Origin: an uncultured Gammaproteobacteria bacterium
GTDB lineage: Bacteria > Patescibacteriota > Patescibacteriia > Magasanikbacterales > GWA2-37-8
Assembly: GCA_964516735.1 (NCBI GenBank)
Contig: CAZEYR010000002.1
Location: 1 to 52,166 of the forward strand
DNA length: 52,166 nucleotides
Reading direction: 5' to 3'
The notes below the pieces were generated by a model. It ran no database searches. It worked only from the letters and a program-made list of their open reading frames with translations, and had not been told where the DNA came from. The position numbers were made by a program, and so were the translations under genes. Positions 8,845 to 18,756 of the stretch are shown piece after piece. The first letter of the stretch is position 1. Each line of letters opens with the position of its first letter.

Positions 8845-9963
8845 ATGAAAAATTTAATTATTACTTTGGAATATCCACCGCAAGTGGGCGGTATCGCCTC
8901 TTATGCCTATAATTTGGCCGGTTCTTTAGTGCCTGACCAAACGGTGGTTTATGCTCCAAAAGTTTTAGGCGACAAAGAATTTGATGCTCGAAACGCATGG
9001 AAAACCTATCGTCAAAATATATATTTTTCTTTTTTATGGCCGAAATGGCTACGAGCGTTTTGGCAGGTCAAGAGCATAATTAATCGAGAAAAAATTGAGC
9101 AATTATACATCCATCATGTTTTGCCGATGGGTTATGTTGGTTATTTGATAAAGAAATTTAAAAAAATTCCTTACACTATTTTTTTACATGGTACGGATTT
9201 GGAATTAGCCTCTCGTTTTAAAAGAAATAAGCTGGCCAGAGTCTGCCGAGAGGCTAGTCTGATTGTAGTGAATAGCGTTTTTTTAAAGAATAAATTATTG
9301 GCTAAATTAGAAAATGTGGCCGAAAATAAAATTTTAATAATCTATCCTAGTCCGGCTGATAATTTTTTACAAAATTCGCCAAAAGAAGAGCTGCAAAAAA
9401 TAAAGGATCAATTAGCTTTGAACGGTAAAAAGGTAATTTTAACGGTGGCCCGGATGGAGGAAGGAAAGGGTTACCCGCATTTACTTAGATTGTTGCCAGA
9501 AGTTTTGTTAGAGGTGCCAAATGCGGTGTGTGTGTTGGTGGGTGATGGCCCTAAAATGAAAATTTTGCTAGAAATGATGCAAAAGGAAGGCTTGCAAAAT
9601 TCGGTGCGCTTTATGGGGGCGGTACCCAATCAAGAATTGCATAAATATTATCAATTGGCTGATGTATTTGTGTTATTAACTCATTTGGACGAAGAACGAG
9701 AAGAGGGGTGGGGAACGGTATTTTTAGAGGCCGCGGCTTGCGGTTTGCCGGTAGTGGCTGGACGAGCCGGTGGGGTAGAGGAGGCAGTGTTGGATCAAGT
9801 TACTGGTTTCATAGTGAATGTTTACCAAGAAAAAGAGGTAGTAAGCGCCATAGTCAAATTGCTAAAAGATGAAGGTATGGCTAGTCAGATGGGAACGGCA
9901 GGTCAAGATAGAGTGCTGAGGCAATATAATTGGTCTAATCAGATAAATAAACTTCCGCAATAA
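8845..9963 (+). CDS. glycosyltransferase family 4 (GT-B fold)
   Basis: C-terminal EGWGTVFLEAAACGLPVVAGRAGGVEEAV is the E-X7-E motif region of GT4 enzymes. Confidence 0.85.
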   Translation: MKNLIITLEYPPQVGGIASYAYNLAGSLVPDQTVVYAPKVLGDKEFDARNAWKTYRQNIYFSFLWPKWLRAFWQVKSIINREKIEQLYIHHVLPMGYVGYLIKKFKKIPYTIFLHGTDLELASRFKRNKLARVCREASLIVVNSVFLKNKLLAKLENVAENKILIIYPSPADNFLQNSPKEELQKIKDQLALNGKKVILTVARMEEGKGYPHLLRLLPEVLLEVPNAVCVLVGDGPKMKILLEMMQKEGLQNSVRFMGAVPNQELHKYYQLADVFVLLTHLDEEREEGWGTVFLEAAACGLPVVAGRAGGVEEAVLDQVTGFIVNVYQEKEVVSAIVKLLKDEGMASQMGTAGQDRVLRQYNWSNQINKLPQ

Positions 9964-9966
9964 TTT

Positions 9967-10701
9967 ATGTCAGATTTAATCTCAGTTATTGTACCGGTTT
10001 ATAATCACGCTCATACCTTGCGTCATTGTTTGCGTACAGTATTGAATCAAACTTATCCAACGTTAGAAGTGGTAGTGGTTAATGATGGCAGTACTGACGG
10101 TTTTGAGAAAGTCGTTGATAACATCAAAAAAGATTTTAATGTTTTAAATATTAAGTATAAGCGAGTTTTAATCTTTATTAATCAAGAAAATAAGGGTAGT
10201 TCCGCGGCTCGCAATATCGGTTTTGCTAATTCTCATGGCCAGTATGTAATATTTTTTGATGCTGATACGATCGCTCGGCCAGATATGTTGGAACAAATGA
10301 AAAGGGGATTGGATAAGCACCCTGAAGCTAGTTATGTGTATAGTCAATTTAGGTTTGGCTGGAAAAAGATTAAAAGCCATCCGTTTGATTTTTATTTGCT
10401 ACGACAAACAAATTTTATAGACACCACGACCTTGCTGCGTCGGGCAGATTTTTCAGGCTTTGATGAAAATCTAAAAAGATTTCAGGATTGGGATTTGTGG
10501 CTGACACTGTTAGAAAAAAGTAAGATTGGTTATTTTATTCCTCGGGTGTTATTTAAAAAAATTGTGAGTGGACGAACAGGGATTAGTAGCTGGTTTCCAA
10601 AAATATTTTTTAAATTGCCGTGGAAAACCAAGCGGGTGCAAAAATACGAACAGGCTCGAGCGGTAATTTACAAAAAACATGGATTAAAAAACCCCACTTA
10701 G
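9967..10701 (+). CDS. glycosyltransferase family 2
   Basis: ISVIVPVYNHAHTLRHCLRTVLNQTYPTLEVVVVNDGSTD and FFDADT (DXD) are GT2 signatures. Confidence 0.85.
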   Translation: MSDLISVIVPVYNHAHTLRHCLRTVLNQTYPTLEVVVVNDGSTDGFEKVVDNIKKDFNVLNIKYKRVLIFINQENKGSSAARNIGFANSHGQYVIFFDADTIARPDMLEQMKRGLDKHPEASYVYSQFRFGWKKIKSHPFDFYLLRQTNFIDTTTLLRRADFSGFDENLKRFQDWDLWLTLLEKSKIGYFIPRVLFKKIVSGRTGISSWFPKIFFKLPWKTKRVQKYEQARAVIYKKHGLKNPT

Positions 10702-10717
10702 AGTGGGGTTTTTATTT
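10686..10717 (+). terminator. intrinsic terminator (A-run / hairpin / T-run, potentially bidirectional)
   Basis: AAAAA-CCCCACT-TAG-AGTGGGG-TTTTTATTT. The hairpin loop contains the GT2 stop codon. Confidence 0.65.
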
Positions 10718-10910
10718 AGTTGCTTTGTTTGTTTCCTTCATCTTCTAAAGATGGTTCCGATTCTTCGGCCAAAGATTTAAAACCTTTTAACTCTTCATTT
10801 ACTTGCTCCGGAGAAGTGGGGCCGACGGGTTTTTCTCTTTTAGGAAATCCACCCCACAATTTTTGGGTTTGGGTTCTTGTTGACTCTGGCGTAGGCATAC
10901 CTTCTGGCAT
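10716..10910 (-). CDS. small acidic low-complexity hypothetical protein (uncertain)
   Basis: 64 aa ORF starting 13 nt downstream of the O-antigen-ligase-like gene on the same strand. Pro/Glu-rich and no recognised motif. A 66 aa ORF overlaps it on the opposite strand. Confidence 0.3.
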   Translation of the reverse strand: MPEGMPTPESTRTQTQKLWGGFPKREKPVGPTSPEQVNEELKGFKSLAEESEPSLEDEGNKQSN

Positions 10911-10923
10911 AGGTTTATAGTTA

Positions 10924-12318
10924 TTAAGATTTAACTCGGGCAGTGATGCCCATAATTAGTATTATACCCAAAACGTGGAAAATAGCCGGTGAGGTCAGAT
11001 TAACGACTAAAAAGGCCATTAGAATGCTAAAAAATGAGTATTTGAGAGGGTTGGACCATTGGCTTAATCGCCAAAAAGCGCTAGATATCCACAGTCCCCA
11101 GATTACCAATCCTATTATACCCATTTCGGTTAAAATTTCCAAATAGCCCCAATCAAATTGATTAGTAGTGATCTCTTTTTTGTATACGGGGCTGTAAATA
11201 GCAATAGCGCTAGCCAATCCATGTCCGATTATCGGCTTTTGTTTAATTTCTAAAATTATTTTAGGTAAAAGTATCATTCGAGATAAAGAGCTGTCTTCAA
11301 TTTGAGGCCGAGCGATGCTCTGCAGGCGTAGGCCAAAAATTTCCCAACCAAAACTTTGTCCGCGGGAGGCAATTAAGTGGGTGGTAGAAAAAATAGTGAT
11401 AAATAAAAACGAAGTGATGATTAATGTCTTTAGCCAAGCTCGCCAATTTTTACGAGAAAATAAACAGAGTATGCCGACGGCCAAAGCCAACAAATAAATT
11501 CTGGTTAAATTTAATCCCAAGATAAATAATAGCAAGCTTAAAAAAAAGTAATCACTTTTTTTATTTTTTTGTATGGTGATTAATTTAAAAATGAAAAATA
11601 AAAGCAAAGGAATTAATAAAAGATGTTCGTTTAGAACTATACGATAAAAATCCAAGCCAATTAGTGTGATTTTTCCCAAAGCCACATCGCGAAACCAATG
11701 GTAATATTCACCCTGTAGAGCAAGCCAGCGGCCGGAAAAACCGACAATGGTCAGGAGTATAAATAAACTGTTACCGATGATGCCGGCGATGACTCCATTG
11801 GCGGTAATTTGTTTAAAACGCTCGTTGGAAATAATTTCTCGAAGCGGAAAATAATATAATAAAAATCCATAAGGAATAATGTCTGAGAAAACAAGCGGCC
11901 AAGGGTGTCTCAACCATAACCCGTGCGCGGCAGAAAAAAAGCCCCAAAATAATAAGGCCGTGATAGACAAAGAAAGCAGATTGTCTTGTTTGATAGTGAT
12001 AATTAATTGACGGCTAATGTTTTTTTGAATTAAAAAAATAATTAAAGAGACAATCAATAAACTGGTTCGGAGAGATAGTGGTCCGATAGATAAAAAACCG
12101 CCCGCTCCGCCCAAGATTATTTCCAAAGCAACTAGACCCCAGCCCCAAATATTTTGTTTCCAAATTAAATAGGTAGTAGCCAACAAAAAACCGACGGCCG
12201 TGGCGGTATTTAAAAAAGACCCGGTTTGTAAAGGTGTAACCGGGCCAAAAAAATAGGAAAAGATCCTTAAAAAGAAATAAGAAGCTAAAAATATCCAAAA
12301 ATATTTTTTAAAAAACAT
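10924..12318 (-). CDS. O-antigen ligase / Wzy-like polytopic membrane protein
   Basis: 464 aa with more than 10 TM segments and a large loop followed by the GHGLAS motif, typical of the O-antigen ligase (Wzy_C) family. Lies next to the glycan cassette. Confidence 0.7.
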   Translation of the reverse strand: MFFKKYFWIFLASYFFLRIFSYFFGPVTPLQTGSFLNTATAVGFLLATTYLIWKQNIWGWGLVALEIILGGAGGFLSIGPLSLRTSLLIVSLIIFLIQKNISRQLIITIKQDNLLSLSITALLFWGFFSAAHGLWLRHPWPLVFSDIIPYGFLLYYFPLREIISNERFKQITANGVIAGIIGNSLFILLTIVGFSGRWLALQGEYYHWFRDVALGKITLIGLDFYRIVLNEHLLLIPLLLFFIFKLITIQKNKKSDYFFLSLLLFILGLNLTRIYLLALAVGILCLFSRKNWRAWLKTLIITSFLFITIFSTTHLIASRGQSFGWEIFGLRLQSIARPQIEDSSLSRMILLPKIILEIKQKPIIGHGLASAIAIYSPVYKKEITTNQFDWGYLEILTEMGIIGLVIWGLWISSAFWRLSQWSNPLKYSFFSILMAFLVVNLTSPAIFHVLGIILIMGITARVKS

Positions 12319-13219
12319 AACCGTCGATATTTTTATATCCGTGCAAAAATTCTTTGGCAGACATGGGTTTTTTTCCTTCCAGTTGTAACCTTAAAATTTC
12401 CAAAGATTGTTTCGCGGAACCGATATAAATTTTTTCATGATCAATTTTTACTTGACCAGCTGAAATTTCTTTTTCAATTGGCTGGACAGATAATAATTTT
12501 AATCGTTTTCCATTCCAGACAATGTAGATACCCGGCCAATCAGAAAAAGCCCGGAATTGGTTATATATTTCGTGGGCGGTTTTTTGAAAATTTATCAAGC
12601 CGTCTTCTTTTTTAAATATTTTACAAAAAGTGGCATCGTTTTCATTTTGAACTCGCGGGGTAATTTTTTTAGATAGATATTCTGGTACAGTTTGTAGTAA
12701 TAAATCCGCAGAAATTTTTACTAATTTTTTAGTTAGAGTAGAGTAATCGTCATCATTGGCAATGGATAAAGTTTTTTGGGCTAAAATCGGTCCATGGTCC
12801 ATTTGATCATCAATAATCATAATGCTCGTGCCAGTGGATGTCTCACCATTTAACAAAGCCGATTGAATTGGAGAAGCACCGCGATATTTAGGTAAAAGTG
12901 ATGGGTGAACATTGATAGTTTTAAATCTAGGCGCTTCAATAATGTGGGAAGGAATCAATAAACCGTATTCAACCACAATGTTTAAATCGTAATTACTAAT
13001 TGGCCATTCGTATTTTTTTAATGTTTCTGGTTGGGCAATCGGCAAATTATATTTTTCCGCCACTAATTTTACCGGAGATTTTTGAATTGTTTGGTGGCGA
13101 CCGACCGGACGATCAGGCTGGGTAAAAATCATTTTAAATTCAAATAATTTACTATTGATAAGTTGTTCTAAAATATAAGCGGCAAATTTTTCGGTGCCCA
13201 AGAAAACTGTAGAAATCAT
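12308..13219 (-). CDS. fmt: methionyl-tRNA formyltransferase
   Basis: INVHPSLLPKYRGASPIQSALLNGE is the formyltransferase core. Conserved def-fmt pairing. Confidence 0.92.
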   Translation of the reverse strand: MISTVFLGTEKFAAYILEQLINSKLFEFKMIFTQPDRPVGRHQTIQKSPVKLVAEKYNLPIAQPETLKKYEWPISNYDLNIVVEYGLLIPSHIIEAPRFKTINVHPSLLPKYRGASPIQSALLNGETSTGTSIMIIDDQMDHGPILAQKTLSIANDDDYSTLTKKLVKISADLLLQTVPEYLSKKITPRVQNENDATFCKIFKKEDGLINFQKTAHEIYNQFRAFSDWPGIYIVWNGKRLKLLSVQPIEKEISAGQVKIDHEKIYIGSAKQSLEILRLQLEGKKPMSAKEFLHGYKNIDGYVF

Positions 13220-13221
13220 AA

Positions 13222-13713
13222 TTATAATCCTTTTTCTATTTCATGTAAGTCTTTGGCTTTTTCTATGAATAAAACCCCTTGCAGGTGATCACATTCGTGT
13301 TGGATGACTCGAGCAGGAAAATCTTCGGCAGTAAAATTTAAAGGTTGGCCGTTTTCATCCAAGGCTTTAACTCTAATTTTTCTATATCTTTTTACTTTGC
13401 CGTAAATTCCCGGCACCGACAAACATCCTTCTTCATCCCAAGCTTTAAAAACACTGGTTTTTTCCCAAGTCGGATTTATTAAAATCAAATCTTTATTTGG
13501 ATCAAGCGGATTTTGTTGTTTGTGTATAACACACAATTGTACTGATTCATTAATTTGAGGAGCAGCCATCCCAACACCGTCTTTGACATACATGGTTTCG
13601 ATCAAGCCTTTGATTAATTTTTTAAATTTTTGTTCACCAATTATAGCCGGATCAACCGACTGAGCTTTTTTATGCAAAATTGGATTTGGTTCCACGATCA
13701 CTGGTAGAGTCAT
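13222..13713 (-). CDS. def: peptide deformylase
   Basis: All three PDF motifs are present: GMAAPQI, EGCLSVPG and QHECDHLQG. Confidence 0.93.
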   Translation of the reverse strand: MTLPVIVEPNPILHKKAQSVDPAIIGEQKFKKLIKGLIETMYVKDGVGMAAPQINESVQLCVIHKQQNPLDPNKDLILINPTWEKTSVFKAWDEEGCLSVPGIYGKVKRYRKIRVKALDENGQPLNFTAEDFPARVIQHECDHLQGVLFIEKAKDLHEIEKGL

Positions 13714-13714
13714 A

Positions 13715-15628
13715 TTAAAAGGTTAGTAAGTTATTAGGATTAGGGTCAATTTTCCATTCATTTGACAAGTTTTGGCCTAACAATTTAGTTTCCTGTTTAT
13801 ATCTAGAATACGGAATTTTGGCTAAAATAACTTGCCAATAACGTCCTTTGTGCAAATAAGGATCGGTTTTAATTGGACCGGTAAGTTTACCAGTAAAACC
13901 ACGGTTGGTCAAGCTGTTAAGGGTATTATAAGCTTTTTTTGCCTGTTTTTCCACTACTTCTGGTTGCTCGTGACCAATGATCGCTCGCCAGAGATAATTA
14001 TAAGGAGGGTAGCCCAAGATTTTACGCTCTTTAAGTTGAGTTTGATAAAAACTTTCCGGATTGTGCAAGGCTTGAAAAATTAGGTGCTCCGGATGGTTAG
14101 TTTGGATAAAAAAATGGGCAGTGTCTGGTAATCGAAAAGCCGCATCGCGTAAGACTTGCCACCAATCTTCCAGGGCTTTAAATTCCGGAATAACTAGGGG
14201 AGTATCAGCTTCCAAAAAAGCCATGACTTTGATTTTTTCCCAGTTAAGATGCGGCCAAGCTAACCGCGTACCGATAATAATTTTTGGTTTGTTAGATGAT
14301 GAAATTTTGGTCGATGGTATAGCGTTTGCAGTCGATGTGTTTCCAATTTTTGTGGAATCGCTATCTAGGCGCAAAACAAGTCGTTCTGGATAATTTTTTT
14401 TAATTTCATCCTCTACGGCTTGAGTGCCGGTGCCAAAGGCTCGCAAATTTAAACTATGGCAATTATGGCATTCGGCACTGACCGGGCGTTCAGTCCGACA
14501 ATTTGGGCAACGTAAATTGTTTTTAGATCGAATGTAGGTGTAGGCCTTTTGACAAGTTGGACAGGTGGCAATTTCTCCGCAATCTTTACAAATGACAAAA
14601 TTAAAAGTTCCAAGACGATTGATACACAAAAACACGTCACCGGTGGTGTGTTTAATCGCTTCGGTTAAGTCCATTCCTAAGCTTTGTTGATTGCCGGCGC
14701 GTCGTTCGTTTTTGGAATTGATAATCTGGACGGGGAATTTGATATTTTGTAGTTGATTTTTTAAAGAGTATATTTTGTGTTTGGCAAAAAAATAAGTTTC
14801 TACAGATGGAGTGGGGGAAAGAAAAAATAATTTAGTTTGATGTTGCTTAGCTAAAAAAAGACAGGCATCGCGGGTTTGGTAGCGTGGCGTCATGTCCCAG
14901 CTTTTGTAGCTACTATGCCCCTCGTTATCTAAAAAAATATTTTTTAGATTATGCCAAGGTAAAAATAGCGCTGTACGAGTACCAAGTATAATTTTTTTTT
15001 CTCCGGTCCAAATTTTTAGCCAGAGATCAAAGTTTTGTTTAGGGGTTAGATCACTGGAAACTATAGCGATTTTTTCTAAAAATTTTACCGGGATTAAGCG
15101 AACAATCTCCGCCTCTGTCGGCAATTCCGGAAAAAGTATTAAGTGCTGTCCTTCTAGATTAAGTTTTTCTTGATAAAAATTATTAAGTTCGGAATAATTT
15201 TGGTAAATAAATAATTCTGGTCTGGGCATTAAGCCGGTGGAATCAGACGCACTGTCGAGAAGATTTTTAGGGAGCAAGTCTGTGGTGCTAGAAAAATATT
15301 TTTCTAATTTTCTTTTTTGCAATGGTAAAAGATTGGTTTTAATTAAAAAACCTAAAGATGTTTTGTAAAATTCCGATAATTCATTTAAAAAATTTAATTG
15401 GGCGCCGGATAAGAGAGGATGGTTAGAAACAATTTCTACAATATCTTTTAATTTTTCTTTCGACTGATTGATGATATTTTTTACAATTCCATATTCCATT
15501 TGCTGGCGTAGGGGTATTTTTACCAATTGGCCAATTTTAAGATTGCCCGCCATTTCTTTTGGGACAGCATAATCCAAAAATGGCAGGGAAGTCGGCATCC
15601 TCCTGACGGGTATTACCTCAGCATACAT
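13715..15628 (-). CDS. priA: primosomal protein N' (PriA)-like, with degenerate helicase ATPase motifs
   Basis: Has the PriA N-terminal 3'-DNA-binding region (MYAEVIPVRRMP...LDYAVPKE...GQLVKIPL) and the Cys-rich zinc region (CKDCGEIATCPTCQKAYTY...LRCPNCR...CHNCHS). Start moved to the Met at 15628 because the tracked start overlaps the upstream gene by 124 nt. Confidence 0.8.
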   Translation of the reverse strand: MYAEVIPVRRMPTSLPFLDYAVPKEMAGNLKIGQLVKIPLRQQMEYGIVKNIINQSKEKLKDIVEIVSNHPLLSGAQLNFLNELSEFYKTSLGFLIKTNLLPLQKRKLEKYFSSTTDLLPKNLLDSASDSTGLMPRPELFIYQNYSELNNFYQEKLNLEGQHLILFPELPTEAEIVRLIPVKFLEKIAIVSSDLTPKQNFDLWLKIWTGEKKIILGTRTALFLPWHNLKNIFLDNEGHSSYKSWDMTPRYQTRDACLFLAKQHQTKLFFLSPTPSVETYFFAKHKIYSLKNQLQNIKFPVQIINSKNERRAGNQQSLGMDLTEAIKHTTGDVFLCINRLGTFNFVICKDCGEIATCPTCQKAYTYIRSKNNLRCPNCRTERPVSAECHNCHSLNLRAFGTGTQAVEDEIKKNYPERLVLRLDSDSTKIGNTSTANAIPSTKISSSNKPKIIIGTRLAWPHLNWEKIKVMAFLEADTPLVIPEFKALEDWWQVLRDAAFRLPDTAHFFIQTNHPEHLIFQALHNPESFYQTQLKERKILGYPPYNYLWRAIIGHEQPEVVEKQAKKAYNTLNSLTNRGFTGKLTGPIKTDPYLHKGRYWQVILAKIPYSRYKQETKLLGQNLSNEWKIDPNPNNLLTF

Positions 15629-15633
15629 ATGAT

Positions 15634-16425
15634 TTAGATAACGAAGTTGGAAACTAAATAACCTATACCAAAAGGTGCCTCGTAAGAGTAATTTTTGTAG
15701 TGATAATTGATTCCTTTCAAGGCCCCCATCAAAATCAAAGCCGAACGAAAACCGCACTCAGCAGCGTTATCAACCAATTTTGGATCGAGTTGTAACATGC
15801 CAGCTACATTGTTGTTAGAAAAAAGTTCTTGAATTTTTTTATCGAACTCTGCTCCGGCTGGATTAAATCCGGCGGGGGCTTCGGTAGTTAAAGCATGAGA
15901 TAAATCCCCGGAAGCAATGATCGCCACTCGTTTGTTAGTGTTCATAATTTGGTCTTTCATGATATATCCAAATTCTATATGTTTTTTCCAATCTAAACCG
16001 CTAAAGCCAACAGGCAATATTGAAACATTTTGTAAATGAGGGGTGAGATAATAGAGAGGAATGGCCACTCCATGGTCAATATGTTTTTCAGTGATCATTG
16101 TAGTGGGGCAATTTTTATCACGACAAGCCTTGTCAATTTTTGCTGCCAAACCCATCTCTCCTTTAAATTTTATTTTCGTAGAAATATCTCCAAATTCTTT
16201 TAAATCAGTTTTATATTCAGGAGCGGTATTAAGGGTAAAGGCTTGGGGGAAAAGTGTGCCATGAGGAGAAATAATAATAATTACGTCTGGATGGCTAATA
16301 TATAATTCTTCTTCTAACCTTTCCATGGCTTTTTTAGTTTTGTCCACCTTTTTTATTTCTTTTTTACCAATAGTTGGCAATAAAAGTGGAGGATGGGGGG
16401 CAATGGCGGAAAAAACTAAAGACAT
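15634..16425 (-). CDS. LigB-family (class III extradiol dioxygenase-like) protein
   Basis: APHPPLLLP, ISPHG, DHGVAIPL and SGDLSH motifs are typical of the LigB/YgiD superfamily. Confidence 0.7.
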   Translation of the reverse strand: MSLVFSAIAPHPPLLLPTIGKKEIKKVDKTKKAMERLEEELYISHPDVIIIISPHGTLFPQAFTLNTAPEYKTDLKEFGDISTKIKFKGEMGLAAKIDKACRDKNCPTTMITEKHIDHGVAIPLYYLTPHLQNVSILPVGFSGLDWKKHIEFGYIMKDQIMNTNKRVAIIASGDLSHALTTEAPAGFNPAGAEFDKKIQELFSNNNVAGMLQLDPKLVDNAAECGFRSALILMGALKGINYHYKNYSYEAPFGIGYLVSNFVI

Positions 16426-16442
16426 ATGATTTAATTTAATAA

Positions 16443-18659
16443 TTATTTGGCACTAGCAATGTTTACTTTACCGGCAGCAATCCATTTGCCAATGTTATTT
16501 GGTTCGTCAAAACGATGGGCATAATCGGCATTGCCCATAGTGACAATTATATATTGTTTTTTATTAACTTTTGATTCAATTAGCATTATTAGCACACCGC
16601 CGGCTTCGTCGGTATAACCAGTTTTACTGGCTAATATCCGATAATTTCTGCCCGTCATATCAATAATTTGGTTGGTATTTTTAAGAGTGTGACTAGAAGT
16701 TTTGTTTTTGTTTACTAATTCTCTAAAAGTATAACTAGTCTGACTAAGAGCTGTTTTAATAGTAGCATTGCCCAAGACTTTGGTAAATATCTTTAACAAA
16801 TCTCGAGGAGTTGACTCGTTTTTTTCACTTAAGCCAGTAGTATCGGCAATGGAGGTATTATCAGCACCCCATTCTTCTAATTGCTGATTGATATTGTATA
16901 TAAAGTCTTCTTCACTTTTGTTTACCCCTTTGGCCACCATCCGAGCGGCGTTGTTGATGGAGCCGACTAGCATAGCGTTAAAAATATCTTTGTTGGATAA
17001 TTTTTCTCCATCCACCAAACCCAAGGGGTTGTTATAGGCTTTATATTCGTTATTTTGGTAGATTGTAGCTTTTTTGAAATCATATTCTTCGGTCAAAGCT
17101 TGGTAGGCAGTCAAAAGCTTGGTGAGGGAAGCAATCGGACGTTTGGTGTCAATATCTTTGCCGGAAATAATGCGGCCGCTTGGATATTCAGCTACTAAAT
17201 AAGTCGGACTTTTTTTGGTTTTGTATAGATCTTCTACCAGCACTTCGCTGTCTCCTAAAAATTTATTTTTTGAAGATAATAAACTAGCGTTTAGATAGAT
17301 TGGGTCGCCGGCTAAGATATTGTTTAGCGTTAATTGGCTAACAGTAGTAACATTGGATTTTTTATAACCCATGGCAATAAAAGTATCCTCGTCAGCAATG
17401 CGTCGTTTTTTTCCTTTTTCTACAACATAAATTTTACTGCTACCATTAGTTTTTAAAAGGGTGCCATCTTTAAATTGGGCCGGTAAATCAGCGGTTTGAT
17501 ATTGATTCAATTCTTTTACTTTATGTTTTTCAATTTTTAAATTTTTATAATTGATGTCGACTATTTTTTTATCAGTAATCGGCGTTAATACATTGTCCTT
17601 AAAAAGATAATAAGCGTTGTTTAAATCAGTGATTTGGTAAATTACGCCTTGAGGGGCGGTGGCGCCAGAGGTAATTTGGCTGCCGACAGTATAAGCGGCC
17701 AAGTCAATTAAATTTACTTCCATAATCTCTTGCGGATTATATCCGAGTTGGCGCACTACTTCGTCACTAGCAAATGGACGCAAAATATCATAATCCAATA
17801 AGTAAGTAGTTGAACCGGATTTTAAAATGGAATAATTTGGAAAATTTAATTCTGGACCGACTGGATAATTGCTTAGTTCACTATCTGGTACGGTAATTAC
17901 CATTTTAGGATCGGCGCGACTAATTAAAACAGTTTGGCTTTTAAATTTTCTTTTTTGGCCATTTTGTAATAGCCAAATGTCCGTAGAACTAGCAGATTTG
18001 ATCAAAGAACCATCCGGATATATCTGAGTAAACCAAGTATTCCAAATACGACTAAAATTTTGATTGCCGTGCAAGTGAGGAGTGTAAGTATATAAGAAGG
18101 CAGTGGCCCAAGACTCAGGAATAATTGTTTGTCCATCAATCATAGTAGCTAGACCCTTCTTTTTTACAAAACTTTTATCTTCATTGTCATAATACCAACG
18201 GAAAACACCCGCGGCATTGTCCACTTGATTGCCGAAACCTTTGTGTTTTTGCAATTTCGGGTCATCCATGCTGCAGCTGTCGCAAATAGAATAACCGGCT
18301 GCCCAATCTAGTTGTTTTTGACTAGGATTGTCATCAGTTATTAAACTTTGTTCTTTTTGCAAAGTAACCAATAAAAATTTAGGGTTTATTTTGTAAGCTT
18401 GGGCGGCATCATAGATAATTTCTGCTGCGGATTTTAATACGCCTTTTGCATCTGGACAAAAATAATTTTTTAAATAAGAGCCTTTGCCTTCCAAAAATTT
18501 TTGGATGTCGTTAATTGACCACGCATTACAATCTTGGATTTCAGTATCAGAAATAATAAAATGTGGGTTAAAATCGACGGCCAATGCGGTATGAGTTGGA
18601 GACAATAAAGCAAAAACAGTTAAAATAGCAATTATTTTAGGTAAAAATTGTCTAATCAT
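16443..18659 (-). CDS. secreted D-alanyl-D-alanine carboxypeptidase (S11 PBP5-type C-terminal domain) with a large N-terminal domain of unclear function
   Basis: C-terminal SLTK (SxxK), SIN (SxN) and KTG motifs. Signal-peptide-like MIRQFLPKIIAILTVFALLSPTHTALA starts at the Met at 18659. The tracked start at 18698 lies inside the putative -10 box. Confidence 0.8.
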   Translation of the reverse strand: MIRQFLPKIIAILTVFALLSPTHTALAVDFNPHFIISDTEIQDCNAWSINDIQKFLEGKGSYLKNYFCPDAKGVLKSAAEIIYDAAQAYKINPKFLLVTLQKEQSLITDDNPSQKQLDWAAGYSICDSCSMDDPKLQKHKGFGNQVDNAAGVFRWYYDNEDKSFVKKKGLATMIDGQTIIPESWATAFLYTYTPHLHGNQNFSRIWNTWFTQIYPDGSLIKSASSTDIWLLQNGQKRKFKSQTVLISRADPKMVITVPDSELSNYPVGPELNFPNYSILKSGSTTYLLDYDILRPFASDEVVRQLGYNPQEIMEVNLIDLAAYTVGSQITSGATAPQGVIYQITDLNNAYYLFKDNVLTPITDKKIVDINYKNLKIEKHKVKELNQYQTADLPAQFKDGTLLKTNGSSKIYVVEKGKKRRIADEDTFIAMGYKKSNVTTVSQLTLNNILAGDPIYLNASLLSSKNKFLGDSEVLVEDLYKTKKSPTYLVAEYPSGRIISGKDIDTKRPIASLTKLLTAYQALTEEYDFKKATIYQNNEYKAYNNPLGLVDGEKLSNKDIFNAMLVGSINNAARMVAKGVNKSEEDFIYNINQQLEEWGADNTSIADTTGLSEKNESTPRDLLKIFTKVLGNATIKTALSQTSYTFRELVNKNKTSSHTLKNTNQIIDMTGRNYRILASKTGYTDEAGGVLIMLIESKVNKKQYIIVTMGNADYAHRFDEPNNIGKWIAAGKVNIASAK

Positions 18660-18721
18660 AAAAAATATTGGTAAATTGTTACCAATATTATAACACATTG
18701 ACGTACAGAAGAAAAGCCGGG

Positions 18722-18750
18722 TTGACTTCTTGTTTTGAAAGTAGTTTAAT
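18722..18750 (+). promoter_or_regulatory. sigma70-type promoter driving the G+C-rich unit
   Basis: TTGACT (18722-18727), 17 nt spacer, TTTAAT (18745-18750). Confidence 0.5.
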
Positions 18751-18756
18751 TAAATT

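Noticed and set aside
10720-10920. 66 aa plus-strand ORF overlapping the 64 aa minus-strand ORF
   Set aside because: It starts inside the terminator T-run of the GT2 gene and has no start context. The minus-strand frame is at least positioned like a co-transcribed gene, and even that is kept only at low confidence.
15629-15757. Tracked upstream extension of priA (likewise the TTG extension of mreB to 42762 and the ATG at 18698 for the carboxypeptidase)
   Set aside because: The extensions overlap the upstream genes or a promoter by 40-120 nt and add non-homologous residues. Internal ATGs give the canonical N-termini.
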